A stretch of DNA of 45,224 nucleotides from an uncultured Parasutterella sp. GTDB taxonomy: Bacteria > Pseudomonadota > Gammaproteobacteria > Burkholderiales > Burkholderiaceae_F. The stretch's first letter is position 1; every line of letters starts with the position of its first letter. Made by a program: the position numbers and the translations under genes. A model generated the notes under the pieces. That model saw nothing but the letters and a program-made list of their open reading frames with translations, searched no databases and was not told the origin of the DNA. This document shows positions 10,613 through 20,323 of this stretch, in pieces. The stretch is from positions 1-45,224 of the forward strand of contig CANQMZ010000001.1 of NCBI GenBank assembly GCA_947625105.1. The letters are read 5' to 3'.

Positions 10613-11518
10613 TCAGTTATCGGGAGCCTGGATAACAAGCAAAGGAGTGTCGCTAATGGCTGCGATTCGAGTGGCGGTCGAGCCGAGAACCGCTGCCTTG
10701 AAAGCGCCGTATCCACGGGTACCCATAACGATGACATCGAGCCTTTCCTTCTTGGCGTAAGCAGCAATCTCATCTCCCGGGTTACCGACCAGGCAAATTT
10801 CACGGGTATTAAAGCCTTTCTCGCTGAATTCCTTGCGATAGGGGCCAACCGCCTCGTCAAAAGCTTCCTGCTGCATCGCTCTGACTTCGTTCTCGCTCAT
10901 GGTCGGAAGAGCCATGCCAGCCATGTCAGGCATGACAACACCGGCGTAGTCGCTCACGACGTTAAGCAAATAGAAGATTGGGTTGTTACCGAAAAGATCA
11001 TTGTTCTTGAGGATATAGTTGACGGCTGCTGCGCCATACTTTGAACCATCCACTGCGATACCGACCTTAAGGGAGTCGCTAGTCGGAGCTTCTTTATTTC
11101 TCAAGATCAACACCGGAATTTCGCAAAGAGCAAGAACCGAGTTTGTGACTGAACCAAGCAGTAAGCCCTTAAGTGCAGAGCGACCATGCGAACCCATGAT
11201 GATGAGATCGGTTTCGGTGTCCTTGGCTACTTTGACGATTGTGGGAGCAGCCTCACCAACAGCGAACCGAGCTTGAGCCTTGACACCTGCATTTTTTAGC
11301 TCTTCTACAGCCGGTTTCAGTACGCTATCGCTTTCTTCCTTGTAGTAGTCATCTAGCGCACCTTTCCCAACAGTGTTTGACGCTCTTGATGGAACCGGTG
11401 GTTGAACACTGAGCAACTCAATGCTTGGGTCATGCCCCAGAAGAGTTGTACGAGAGCAGACAAATTCAATGGAATGTTTGCTAAATTCGCTGCCATCGAT
11501 AGGTACTAAAATCTTCAT
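10613..11518 (-). CDS. Tandem-domain universal stress protein
   Basis: Two USP domains: KILVPIDGS...MGSHGRS...LLGSV and AVDGS...MGTRG...LGST. Confidence 0.93.
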   Translation of the reverse strand: MKILVPIDGSEFSKHSIEFVCSRTTLLGHDPSIELLSVQPPVPSRASNTVGKGALDDYYKEESDSVLKPAVEELKNAGVKAQARFAVGEAAPTIVKVAKDTETDLIIMGSHGRSALKGLLLGSVTNSVLALCEIPVLILRNKEAPTSDSLKVGIAVDGSKYGAAAVNYILKNNDLFGNNPIFYLLNVVSDYAGVVMPDMAGMALPTMSENEVRAMQQEAFDEAVGPYRKEFSEKGFNTREICLVGNPGDEIAAYAKKERLDVIVMGTRGYGAFKAAVLGSTATRIAAISDTPLLVIQAPDN

Positions 11519-11651
11519 TCAAACCTCCTATAGGCACAAATTGAACGAACTCCCGACAGAGAATTTCTGATGCGGGCATTTGTATGAAAATTGTATTTCA
11601 TTACTTTAAACTGAAATCCTTGTTTTTTCGAATTTTGAGATAGGTCTCGGG

Positions 11652-12437
11652 ATGATAGAGCAAGAGCAATACCCTCTTGATTATGAAAGATGCTTCGGCG
11701 GTGTCAGCCGTCTGTACGGTAATAGGGGAGCGGAGGCATTGAAAAAGGCCCATGTGGCCGTCATCGGATTGGGCGGCGTTGGCAGCTGGGCGGCAGAGGC
11801 CCTAGCTAGAACCGCCGTTGGCGAGTTGACTCTTATTGATTTGGACAATATTGCCGAAAGTAATACCAATCGGCAGCTCCAAGCTTTAAGTGGGGAGTAT
11901 GGAAAGCCAAAAGTCCAAGCACTTCAGGAGCGGATCGGCAGAATCAACCCAACGTGTACAACACATATTGTTGAAGACTTCATCGATCTAGACAATGCCG
12001 AGACGTTCCTGACGCCTGAAATGATTGTTGTGGACTGTATTGACTCTGTGAAAGCAAAAGCAGCTGTTGCCAACGTGTGTAAAAAAAGAGGCCAGTTTTT
12101 GGTGGTCAGCGGAGCGGCAGGCGGAAAAATTTCACCGCTAGGTCTAAAAATTGATGACCTGGCCAGGGTTGAGGGAGATCCCATTCTTGCTAGGTTAAGG
12201 CATACCTTGCGAAAAGACTATGGGTTTCCTAAACGTAAAGAAAAGCGAGCCCCGGAGAAATTTGGAATCATCGCGGTATATACGACTGAGACAATCAAGC
12301 GACCGGAAGGGATATGCGATATGCAGCCCGGCCTTTCGTGTGCCGGTTACGGTTCTTCTGTGGTGGTTACTGCCAGTTTAGGTTTTGCGGCTGCGTCTGT
12401 AGCGATCAATCACATTGTGCGCCCGTCAGACAAGTAA
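11652..12437 (+). CDS. tcdA: tRNA threonylcarbamoyladenosine dehydratase (ThiF family)
   Basis: GLGGVGSWAAEALAR, SNTNRQ, DCIDS, C-terminal CAGYGSSVVVTAS. Confidence 0.88.
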   Translation: MIEQEQYPLDYERCFGGVSRLYGNRGAEALKKAHVAVIGLGGVGSWAAEALARTAVGELTLIDLDNIAESNTNRQLQALSGEYGKPKVQALQERIGRINPTCTTHIVEDFIDLDNAETFLTPEMIVVDCIDSVKAKAAVANVCKKRGQFLVVSGAAGGKISPLGLKIDDLARVEGDPILARLRHTLRKDYGFPKRKEKRAPEKFGIIAVYTTETIKRPEGICDMQPGLSCAGYGSSVVVTASLGFAAASVAINHIVRPSDK

Positions 12438-12525
12438 ATTGAGGAGTTTGTTTTTGGGTTATTGATGAATCAAGTCAACTTCTTTCTGGTTAAAATTTCT
12501 TCAGTCATTCACTTTGAAGCGCATC

Positions 12526-13650
12526 ATGATTCTGTTGTTTCCCTCGCTTTGTGTAGCTTTATACGTCAGTTTAAGCGGCGTTTTTCCATTGAGAATTTCC
12601 CGCTGGATTAAGCTTGCTTATGTGCTGTTGGTTTTCTTGATTGCGCTCAAGTATCAGTTCTATACGATGGGCAGCGGAACATTTCTTCAACCATCGGTTT
12701 CCAGAAGCGTTCTCCTTGTTTTTGAGGCACTCTATGGTGCTCTCGTTATTTTTGCCTTCATTTTGGTCATTAAAGACTTGAGTTCACTGGCCTTATGGTT
12801 TCTCAAAAAATGGGGTGTCCAAACATCCTTTTCACTCAATCGGAATCCTATCTTGCTTACGATTGCGTTTGTGTCTTTTGTGGCAGGTGTGTGGGGAACA
12901 TGGGAATCTATCAGGGTGCCCGATGTCAAACGGATTACGATTAATTTGAAGCATCTTCCCCAACAGTGGAAAGGTGCGAAGATCGTCCAACTAAGCGATT
13001 TACATATCGGATTGGTTCAGGGTTCAGAGTGGCTTAGCGAAGTCGTGAAAAGGACCAATGCGTTAAAGCCGGATCTCATTCTTATCACGGGAGATTTTGT
13101 TGATGGTACGGTGCAAAGACTTTTACCTCAAATGCAACCCTTGAGAGGCTTAAAAGCTACCTACGGAGTCTATGGAATTCCTGGCAATCATGAATATTAT
13201 TCTGGCTACCGTTCGTGGATGACCGCTTTGTCGGAACTTGGCGTGAAGATGCTAGAAAACGAACACGCCGTAGTGAACAAAAACGGAGCCGATCTTGTGA
13301 TTGGCGGCACAACAGACTATGGAGCCTATCGAATGGGAGGGGTCGTACCGAATTTAAGAGAGACGTTTAATGGCACAGATCTGAGAGCGGTGAGGATTCT
13401 ATTGACCCACCAACCTAAGACTACCCATCAGAGCACGGAGCGATTTGATCTCCAACTTTCCGGTCACACTCACGGCGGACACATGTTTTTCTTACATCCG
13501 TTGATTGCATACTTCAATGATGGAATGGTGCGAGGTCTTTACCAAAGAGGCGAACGGCAGATCTATGTCAACAGCGGCGCAGGACTTTGGAATGGATTTT
13601 CGCAAAGGATATTCGTTCCTTCAGAAATTACTGAGATAACGCTTCAATAA
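12526..13650 (+). CDS. Membrane-anchored metallophosphoesterase (YkuE/YaeI-like); ATG 12526 (TTG 12514 possible)
   Basis: N-terminal TM helices; SDLH, GDFVD, GNHE, HQP, SGHTHGG motifs. Confidence 0.9.
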   Translation: MILLFPSLCVALYVSLSGVFPLRISRWIKLAYVLLVFLIALKYQFYTMGSGTFLQPSVSRSVLLVFEALYGALVIFAFILVIKDLSSLALWFLKKWGVQTSFSLNRNPILLTIAFVSFVAGVWGTWESIRVPDVKRITINLKHLPQQWKGAKIVQLSDLHIGLVQGSEWLSEVVKRTNALKPDLILITGDFVDGTVQRLLPQMQPLRGLKATYGVYGIPGNHEYYSGYRSWMTALSELGVKMLENEHAVVNKNGADLVIGGTTDYGAYRMGGVVPNLRETFNGTDLRAVRILLTHQPKTTHQSTERFDLQLSGHTHGGHMFFLHPLIAYFNDGMVRGLYQRGERQIYVNSGAGLWNGFSQRIFVPSEITEITLQ

Positions 13651-13655
13651 CCGGA

Positions 13656-14306
13656 CTAAACATAAATAGAACCCTCTCGGGGAAGATAAAGTCCTCTATC
13701 TAGAATGTACTTTCGTACGGACTCGTCTAGTCCTTCAATCCTCTGGTTTCTAGTTGACTCCCCATAAAGTTGCTTTCTGATCTGAGTAGAGGAATAGGGA
13801 GGAAGTGTTGCGCTAAGAATGAGGATGGATCCCTCGGGTTTGTCGTGGTGGAGAGCACTCTCGCCGGAGAGCACAGGGAATTTATTTCCGTAAGGACTTT
13901 GTGCTGAGGCGCCTCCCCGTTGAAAAAGCACCAAATTAGCCAAGTCCGGGAAGTGCTCCCATTGAACCCATGTCTTAAGGTTTGACCACTGGTCGGTTCC
14001 CATTAGAAAGAAAAGTTCCGCACTCTCTCCGTATTGCCTTCGATAAGAATAGAGCGTATCGATAGAGTATGAGGCACCGGCCCGATCGAGCTCACGACTG
14101 TCAATGGATAAGTTTTGGTATGGCAGTAACGCAAGTTCCAACATTTTCTTGCGATCTTCATCGGAGGCTCTAGCCGTTTTCTGCCACGGACGAGTCGGAA
14201 CTAGATAAGTTTTATCTAGCCTAAGTTGCCGTTGAGCTTCCTTAGCAAGCTGAACATGGGCTTCATGGACAGGATCAAAGGTTCCACCAAAGATTCCTAT
14301 TCTCAT
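13656..14306 (-). CDS. nadD: Nicotinate-nucleotide adenylyltransferase
   Basis: GIFGGTFDPVHEAH, SYSIDTL, MGTD, SSTQIR. Confidence 0.93.
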   Translation of the reverse strand: MRIGIFGGTFDPVHEAHVQLAKEAQRQLRLDKTYLVPTRPWQKTARASDEDRKKMLELALLPYQNLSIDSRELDRAGASYSIDTLYSYRRQYGESAELFFLMGTDQWSNLKTWVQWEHFPDLANLVLFQRGGASAQSPYGNKFPVLSGESALHHDKPEGSILILSATLPPYSSTQIRKQLYGESTRNQRIEGLDESVRKYILDRGLYLPREGSIYV

Positions 14307-14309
14307 GGT

Positions 14310-14999
14310 CTACCTGTTCTTGACCGTCAGGTTTATGGAAATGATGTTATCGATTTGATTGTTTGCGTCGGTTCTCAGGCTAAGGATCCCGACATCTGTA
14401 TGTTTGCCGGAAGCCGTTTGGCTAAACCACGCTTTCCAAAGGTTTACGTCGTCCTTTTTACTTGGGGCAGGAATACTCAGGGAGTCAAGTTTGAGTCCGA
14501 TTCTTATCTCGCCCATACTGACTGTGTTGTATTGCTCAGGTAAAGCGGGACACATCTTTGCTCCATCGGGAATTCGCTCCATCATCACTTGAGAAATCTG
14601 CCCGCGTTCTCCAACGATCAACCAAATGTTCTGGAATACTTCTTCAGGCGGGGGGTTCTGTTTTTTTCGTTTCTTGGTGGCAGGGAGCGGTAATTGGACA
14701 GGAGCAGAGTAGCAAAGAAAGTCCGTGCGGCTCTTAAGGTGTTGTAAATCGCCACCTAATGTTTTGACAACGTCAGAAAGTTTGGTTTTTCCGAGCTCAA
14801 CCTCAAACTCACCGAATGTTGCCTTAGGCGCCACAGGCTCGAGGAACGTATAGTCCGGTTCGCCTAATATTTCCGGATAGTAGAGCGGAGCCGGAATCGG
14901 TCTTTCGTAACGTTGGCTTTCATCAGTCTGTTCTGCTCCCTGGGCTAAAACCAGTCCGGAAGCGATAAGTAGTGTGGCAAATCCAAACAGTTTTCGCAT
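14310..14999 (-). CDS. Hypothetical secreted/periplasmic protein
   Basis: 229-aa ORF with Sec-type signal (MRKLFGFATLLIASGLVLA); start overlaps the purD stop (TAATG) and it ends 3 nt before nadD. Confidence 0.8.
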   Translation of the reverse strand: MRKLFGFATLLIASGLVLAQGAEQTDESQRYERPIPAPLYYPEILGEPDYTFLEPVAPKATFGEFEVELGKTKLSDVVKTLGGDLQHLKSRTDFLCYSAPVQLPLPATKKRKKQNPPPEEVFQNIWLIVGERGQISQVMMERIPDGAKMCPALPEQYNTVSMGEIRIGLKLDSLSIPAPSKKDDVNLWKAWFSQTASGKHTDVGILSLRTDANNQIDNIISINLTVKNR

Positions 15000-16279
15000 T
15001 ACTTTAACGCCTTATGACCGATATCTTTTCTGTACTGCATGCCATCGAAATGAATGCTATCTAAAGCTGCATAGGCTTTATCGCGAGCCTTTTTGATGTC
15101 ATCACCAAGACCAACGACGCAAAGCACGCGCCCGCCACTGGTAAGCAGTTTGCCCTCGTCACTGAGTTTGGTCCCGGCATGGAACGTGAGAGAATCCCCT
15201 GTGTGAGCCTTCAGGCCCTTGATTTCGTCACCTTTACGCGGGGAAGAGGGATAACCTTTGGAGGCAAGAACAACGCCTAAAGCACACCTTGGATCCCATT
15301 CGGCAATAACTTTATCGAGCCTACCGTTAATACCGGCGCTCACCAGTTCAGGGAAGTCACTCCTGAGTCTAGCCATGATCGGTTGAGTCTCAGGATCTCC
15401 AAAGCGGCAGTTAAATTCAAGGGTTTTTACAGTAGGTTTGCCGTCCTTGTCTTTATCAATCATCAAACCCGCATACAGGAATCCCGTAAATGGAATTCCA
15501 TCCTCTTTCATGCCGCGGACGGTTGGGAGAATGATTTTATCCATAACGAGCTTGTAGACTTCATCGGTAACAACGGGAGCTGGGGAGTAAGCGCCCATTC
15601 CGCCAGTATTCGGTCCCTCGTCTTTATCCAAGAGTCTCTTGTGGTCTTGGCTGGTGGCCATCGGAAGTACGTGCTCGCCGTCGACCATCACAATAAAGCT
15701 GGCTTCTTCACCGGTCAGATACTCTTCAATGACAATCCGGGCTCCGGCTGAGCCGAGTTTGTTGTCAGAAAGCATGAAATCCACTGCTTCGTGAGCCTGT
15801 TCTTCCGTCATCGCCACAATAACGCCCTTGCCGGCAGCCAATCCATCAGCTTTAATGACAATAGGGGCACCGTTTTTTCTCACGTATTCGTGGGCAGCTT
15901 CGGCATCCGTAAAGGTCTGGTATTCGGCAGTCGGGATGCCATGCCTCTTCATAAAGGCTTTGGCAAAATCTTTTGAAGATTCGAGTTGAGCGGCTTCCTT
16001 AGTCGGTCCAAAGATCGGGAGACCTTTTTCACGGAAACGGTTAACAATGCCCGCGGCTAACGGTGCTTCAGGTCCGACCAGCGTCATGTCCACCCCGTTA
16101 GAGACGACAAATTCGGCGAGTTCGTCAAAGTCGCTCAGGGGCAGATTTTCCAATTTCTCCTCGAGGCTTGTGCCGGCGTTGCCCGGCGCAACATAAACTT
16201 TGGTGACTTTTGGTGATTGTGCCAGTCTCCAAGCAAGGGCGTGTTCACGACCGCCGCTGCCGATAACCAGGATTTTCAT
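14999..16279 (-). CDS. purD: Phosphoribosylamine--glycine ligase
   Basis: GSGGREHAL, KADGLAAGKG, GPNTGGMG, EFNCRFGDPE. Confidence 0.98.
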   Translation of the reverse strand: MKILVIGSGGREHALAWRLAQSPKVTKVYVAPGNAGTSLEEKLENLPLSDFDELAEFVVSNGVDMTLVGPEAPLAAGIVNRFREKGLPIFGPTKEAAQLESSKDFAKAFMKRHGIPTAEYQTFTDAEAAHEYVRKNGAPIVIKADGLAAGKGVIVAMTEEQAHEAVDFMLSDNKLGSAGARIVIEEYLTGEEASFIVMVDGEHVLPMATSQDHKRLLDKDEGPNTGGMGAYSPAPVVTDEVYKLVMDKIILPTVRGMKEDGIPFTGFLYAGLMIDKDKDGKPTVKTLEFNCRFGDPETQPIMARLRSDFPELVSAGINGRLDKVIAEWDPRCALGVVLASKGYPSSPRKGDEIKGLKAHTGDSLTFHAGTKLSDEGKLLTSGGRVLCVVGLGDDIKKARDKAYAALDSIHFDGMQYRKDIGHKALK

Positions 16280-16315
16280 GATCTATTCCGTTTAAAAGGT
16301 TAAAAAGTAAACGAC

Positions 16316-17038
16316 CTATTCAATGATTGCTGTTGTGTAGACCTGCTGAACATCATCAAGATCTTCCAAAGCATCAAGGAGACGTTGCATCCTTGCGCCT
16401 TCATCTCCGGTCAGGACCGTTTCGGTGTCGCTCTTCCAGGTAACCTCAGCGACTTCCGGAGTCCAACCTTTTGCTTCAAAGGCCTTGTGCAAATCTTCAA
16501 ATGCGGCGGGGTCGCAGAGAACTTCGATGGACCCGTCATCATCAGAAATAACGTCGTCAGCACCAGCTTCTAAAGCAACTTCCATGACGTCGTCTTCTTT
16601 AAGTCCTGGGGCAAAAAGGAAGTATCCAGTGTGCTTAAACATAAAGGAGACGCTTCCATCTGTACCTAGGTTACCGCCGTTTTTAGACAGAATGTGGCGT
16701 ACATCAGCAACCGTGCGTGTTCTGTTGTCAGTTGTGCAGTCAATCATCAAAGCAGCTCCGCCAACTCCATAACCTTCATAGCGGATTTCTTCGTAATTGA
16801 CACCTTCGAGTTTGCCGCTGCCCTTGAGGATGGCGTTGTTGACCGTATCTTTTGGCACGTTGGCGGCACGGGCTTTCAGCAGTGCGAGTCTAAGCCTTGG
16901 ATTGGAATCGGCTTCGCCACCGCCGAGTCTTGCTGCAACAATGATTTCTCTGATTAACTTTGTCCAAATATTTGAACGCTTAGCGTCCTGACGGCCTTTT
17001 CTGTGTTGAATATTGGCCCACTTGGAATGTCCAGACAT
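16316..17038 (-). CDS. yebC: YebC/PmpR family protein (start at MSGHSKW)
   Basis: [31 protein letters not shown]. Confidence 0.96.
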   Translation of the reverse strand: MSGHSKWANIQHRKGRQDAKRSNIWTKLIREIIVAARLGGGEADSNPRLRLALLKARAANVPKDTVNNAILKGSGKLEGVNYEEIRYEGYGVGGAALMIDCTTDNRTRTVADVRHILSKNGGNLGTDGSVSFMFKHTGYFLFAPGLKEDDVMEVALEAGADDVISDDDGSIEVLCDPAAFEDLHKAFEAKGWTPEVAEVTWKSDTETVLTGDEGARMQRLLDALEDLDDVQQVYTTAIIE

Positions 17039-17244
17039 TCTTATTTCCTTAAAGGTTCTGTAGATAAGGGGCAATTCTACCAAGAAGAAAAAAGACTATT
17101 CGCCTAGCCTCTGAAAGGTTTAGGGATAAGGATAAAAAATCAGTAAACCGATAATGGACGAGCTCTTGCTAAAGTACGATAATTCAGCAATTATTTTGCA
17201 AGTTAACATTGACAACTTAAATTTAAAAAACGCCAGGAGTAGCG

Positions 17245-18516
17245 ATGAAAAAATATACCTTTGCCTACGGTCGCGGAGACATGGATTTTGAGGTAGATGA
17301 AAGCCTTGTACTCAAAGAGATCCGTACCCAGCCTTTTGAAGTGATGAAAGATGTGAAAGCGGGAGTTTTGGAAGCCATCTATCACCCTATTGGCTGTCCT
17401 CCGATCAATGAAATTGTTAAGCCTGGACAAAAGGTTGCATTCATCTGCAACGACCTCACTCGTGTCGCCAACAGCTATGACTTCATGCCGGTGTTGGTCA
17501 ACGAAATGAATAAGTTTGGAGTGAAAGATGAAGATATGTTCATTCTCTTTTCGCTCGGTACTCATCGCGAAATGACTCATGAAGAAATGGTCCAAGCTGT
17601 GGGCAAGGAAGTTTCCTCCAGGCTCAAGATGTACAACAATCTTTGTAATAAAGAAGATGACTTTGAGTATTTTGGAAAGACTTCTAGAGGAACCCCGGTT
17701 TTGATCAATAAACTGCTTTGCAATGTCGATCACATCATCATGACGGGTTCGATCGTCCACCACTATTTCAGCGGTTACGGTGGCGGCAGAAAAGCTATTT
17801 TGCCGGGATGCGCTGCCATGGAAACGGTTAGAGTCAATCACAGCTTCATGCTTGATCCTAAAGCCGGGTTGGGTCTGACGGTAGGCAATCCTTGCTATGA
17901 AGACCAAATGGAAGGCGTGGCGATGTTTGCCAAAGGCAGATCGTTGTTCCTCTTTAATGCGGTTTTGAACGCTCATCATCAATTCTTGAAGATGTTTGCG
18001 GGCGATTACATCAAGGCCCATCAAGTGGCTTGCAAGTTTGTTGACGAGGTCTACGGCTCGGTAATTCCAAAGGAAGCAGATCTGGTGATCGTTTCTTGCG
18101 GTGGCTATCCGAAAGATATCAACGTCTATCAGATGCAAAAGACGATGGACAACGCTACCTTGGCAGTAAGGCAGGGTGGAGCCGTGGTGCTCCTTGGACA
18201 ATGCGAGGAAGGCAGTGGTTCCAAGCTGCTTGAAGAAACGTGCCACAAGCTTGGTTCAGCCAAGGCAATTAGAGAAGCGCTAGAAAAGGACTTCCGTATC
18301 GGCGCCAACAAGGCGTTTGCAGTGACCCGTCTTATGGAAAAAGCGAAATTCTTCTTGGTTTCCGATCTTGACAAGACAATGGCCAAGGAAATGCTTTTCT
18401 CTGGCGTCTATTCCAATGCGGCAGATGCCATTGAAGCTGCCGAGAAATCTCTAGGCAAGGTCAATAGCATTATTTTGATGCCTGAAGGTTCTTTGACTGT
18501 TCCAAGAGTCGAATAA
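17245..18516 (+). CDS. larA: Nickel-pincer-dependent LarA-family alpha-hydroxyacid racemase (possibly malate racemase)
   Basis: AGGAG RBS; D70-x2-R73, GTH107, H173YFSGYGGGRK183, NH199, GGYPKD.NVYQ.QK299 match the LarA catalytic and cofactor residues. Confidence 0.92.
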   Translation: MKKYTFAYGRGDMDFEVDESLVLKEIRTQPFEVMKDVKAGVLEAIYHPIGCPPINEIVKPGQKVAFICNDLTRVANSYDFMPVLVNEMNKFGVKDEDMFILFSLGTHREMTHEEMVQAVGKEVSSRLKMYNNLCNKEDDFEYFGKTSRGTPVLINKLLCNVDHIIMTGSIVHHYFSGYGGGRKAILPGCAAMETVRVNHSFMLDPKAGLGLTVGNPCYEDQMEGVAMFAKGRSLFLFNAVLNAHHQFLKMFAGDYIKAHQVACKFVDEVYGSVIPKEADLVIVSCGGYPKDINVYQMQKTMDNATLAVRQGGAVVLLGQCEEGSGSKLLEETCHKLGSAKAIREALEKDFRIGANKAFAVTRLMEKAKFFLVSDLDKTMAKEMLFSGVYSNAADAIEAAEKSLGKVNSIILMPEGSLTVPRVE

Positions 18517-18529
18517 ACAGAACGACCGC

Positions 18530-18554
18530 AAAAGAGCACCTTAGGTGCTTTTTT
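18530..18554 (+). terminator. Intrinsic terminator after larA
   Basis: AGCACC-tta-GGTGCT followed by a T tract. Confidence 0.75.
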
Positions 18555-18601
18555 GTTGTCTGATGGGGTGTTACCACACTGCTTTATAGCCAAAGATGCG
18601 A

Positions 18602-18637
18602 TAAAAAATAGGACAGACCATTTAGGTCTGCCCTGTT
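18602..18637 (-). terminator. Intrinsic terminator after the flavin reductase
   Basis: Minus strand AGGGCAGACC-taaat-GGTCTGTCCT followed by ATTTTTT. Confidence 0.75.
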
Positions 18638-18675
18638 CAGTTTTCAAAAACTAAAAGCTAATTTTGATTTTGATA

Positions 18676-20196
18676 CTAGCAGCCACCCCACTTGTTTGCG
18701 GTACGGGCAGCTATGCGGCCAAAGATGATGCAATCGGCCACAGCAACTGTTCCTAGCCTAACCATGCCGTGGACCCCGCCTGTGGTTTCACCTGCGGCGT
18801 AAAGTCCTGCGATCGGTTGGCCTTTAACGTTGAGCACTTGAGCGTTTTCGTTGATCTCTAAACCGCCCATGGTGTGGTGAACTCTAGGCCAGAGCCTAAT
18901 AGCGTAGAAAGGTCCTTTTTCATTCGGAACTCCGTCATCAAAGAACATACAATTGAATTCTGGATCCTTCTTGTTCTTCATATAGCCGTTGAAGATTTGG
19001 TTTTCTTTTTCCAAAGTTGCATAGTCGAGCTTATAAAAGTCAGCAAGTGCTTTCAGGTCATCAAACTTACGGATGACTCCTTTTTTCATAGCAGCTTCAA
19101 ACTGTTCTTTTCGCATATTCTTGCCAACAACCTTATTCATAAAGTTCGTTTCGTTGGTGTAGATGATGCAGGGGGCTCCTATGGCGACGATGGCATCGGC
19201 GCGGACTTTACGGTTACCGGTTTCCTGGATGAAACGTTTACTGGTTTTAGGATTGATCATAGGACCGTAGCCAACCATGGGCTCGACAGCAAGAGGAGCA
19301 AGACCGAAGCCTGTTTCGTCCGGAGAAGTCCATGGCCCTAGCTGAATCCAGTCCATGTGAATGGTGTTGGCCCCAACCAATTGAGCCTCTTGAATCATTT
19401 CCCCGGTTGCGCCAGGGTGATTTGTTGAAGTGAATTCTTTGGTTAGACGAGGGTCATGGCTGGTACGCATCTGAACGTTTTGACTAAATCCACCTGAAGC
19501 AATAAGAACGCCTTTGGTCGCCCTAATGTAAATAGTCTTGCCACTATCCGGACGGTCGTTCCTATAGTTTATACGGGCTTTTACACCTACAACGCATCCT
19601 TTGTCATTGACCATTAAGTCATCAACAATTGTTCTTAACTGGATCTTGATGCCAAACTCTTTGCATTTCGCAAGCATTGGGTTGATGAAACCCGCACCGG
19701 TATTTTCTTGAACAGCGTGACTTCGAGGGACTGAATGACCACCGTGGAAGGTTACTGCCTTGAACTTGACTCCGATCTCGTCACGAAGCCATTCGTAGTT
19801 TGATACAGATTCATCAGCGATTCTTCTGGCTAGATTGGCATGGGCTATTCCGCCGCCTGCGCGCAAAATGTCGGAGTAAAGAAGATCGGGATTATCTTTT
19901 ATTTTGGCTTTTGCCTGCATATCAGTTCCTGCTGCAGCAATCGCTCCACCGTTAATGATGGAATTGCCGCCTGCAGAAGGCATTTTTTCAACAACAAGGA
20001 TGTCTTTCATGCCGAGATAGTGGCTTTCAAGAGCAGCGCCCAGTCCTGCAAAGCCTGTGCCGATAATAAGAAGCGAACATGTTTCGTTCCATTTAACGTC
20101 TTTATTAGCTGTGCCGGCATGGGCCGGGAAAGCGGAAGCCAAAGCAGCTAGGGAAAGGGTGGATGAGTAAATAAAATTTCGTCTTGAAATGGTCAT
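18676..20196 (-). CDS. Tat-exported flavocytochrome c-family flavin subunit (FccA/Mrd/ArdA-like enoate reductase), heme-less
   Basis: SRRNF Tat motif; GTGFAG FAD motif; GGNS; ASGGF; IQLGPW; VHHTMGG; AGE.TGGVHG.VRLG; no CxxCH. Confidence 0.9.
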   Translation of the reverse strand: MTISRRNFIYSSTLSLAALASAFPAHAGTANKDVKWNETCSLLIIGTGFAGLGAALESHYLGMKDILVVEKMPSAGGNSIINGGAIAAAGTDMQAKAKIKDNPDLLYSDILRAGGGIAHANLARRIADESVSNYEWLRDEIGVKFKAVTFHGGHSVPRSHAVQENTGAGFINPMLAKCKEFGIKIQLRTIVDDLMVNDKGCVVGVKARINYRNDRPDSGKTIYIRATKGVLIASGGFSQNVQMRTSHDPRLTKEFTSTNHPGATGEMIQEAQLVGANTIHMDWIQLGPWTSPDETGFGLAPLAVEPMVGYGPMINPKTSKRFIQETGNRKVRADAIVAIGAPCIIYTNETNFMNKVVGKNMRKEQFEAAMKKGVIRKFDDLKALADFYKLDYATLEKENQIFNGYMKNKKDPEFNCMFFDDGVPNEKGPFYAIRLWPRVHHTMGGLEINENAQVLNVKGQPIAGLYAAGETTGGVHGMVRLGTVAVADCIIFGRIAARTANKWGGC

Positions 20197-20245
20197 TGTC
20201 TTTACTCCTGATCTAAAAACTGTTTTTTCAAAATCGACTTATGTG

Positions 20246-20312
20246 CCGGCAAAAACATGTTGCATAGTCCTCGGGTACTCCAAGTTGAGCCCAAGGCCGA
20301 GCAATTCGCCGG
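20246..20312 (-). other. Extended intercistronic stem-loop upstream of the flavin reductase
   Basis: Nested pairings on the minus strand: CCGGCGAA/TTTGCCGG, TTGC/GCAA, CCTTGGG/CCCGAGG, CTC/GAG. Confidence 0.55.
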
Positions 20313-20323
20313 AAAACTCTAAA

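Noticed and set aside
12462-12478. FNR-like TTGAT...ATCAA upstream of the metallophosphoesterase
   Set aside because: Spacing does not match TTGAT-N4-ATCAA
17203-18246. 347-aa antisense ORF over larA
   Set aside because: Lies codon-for-codon opposite a well-supported gene, with no recognisable motifs or RBS; typical shadow ORF
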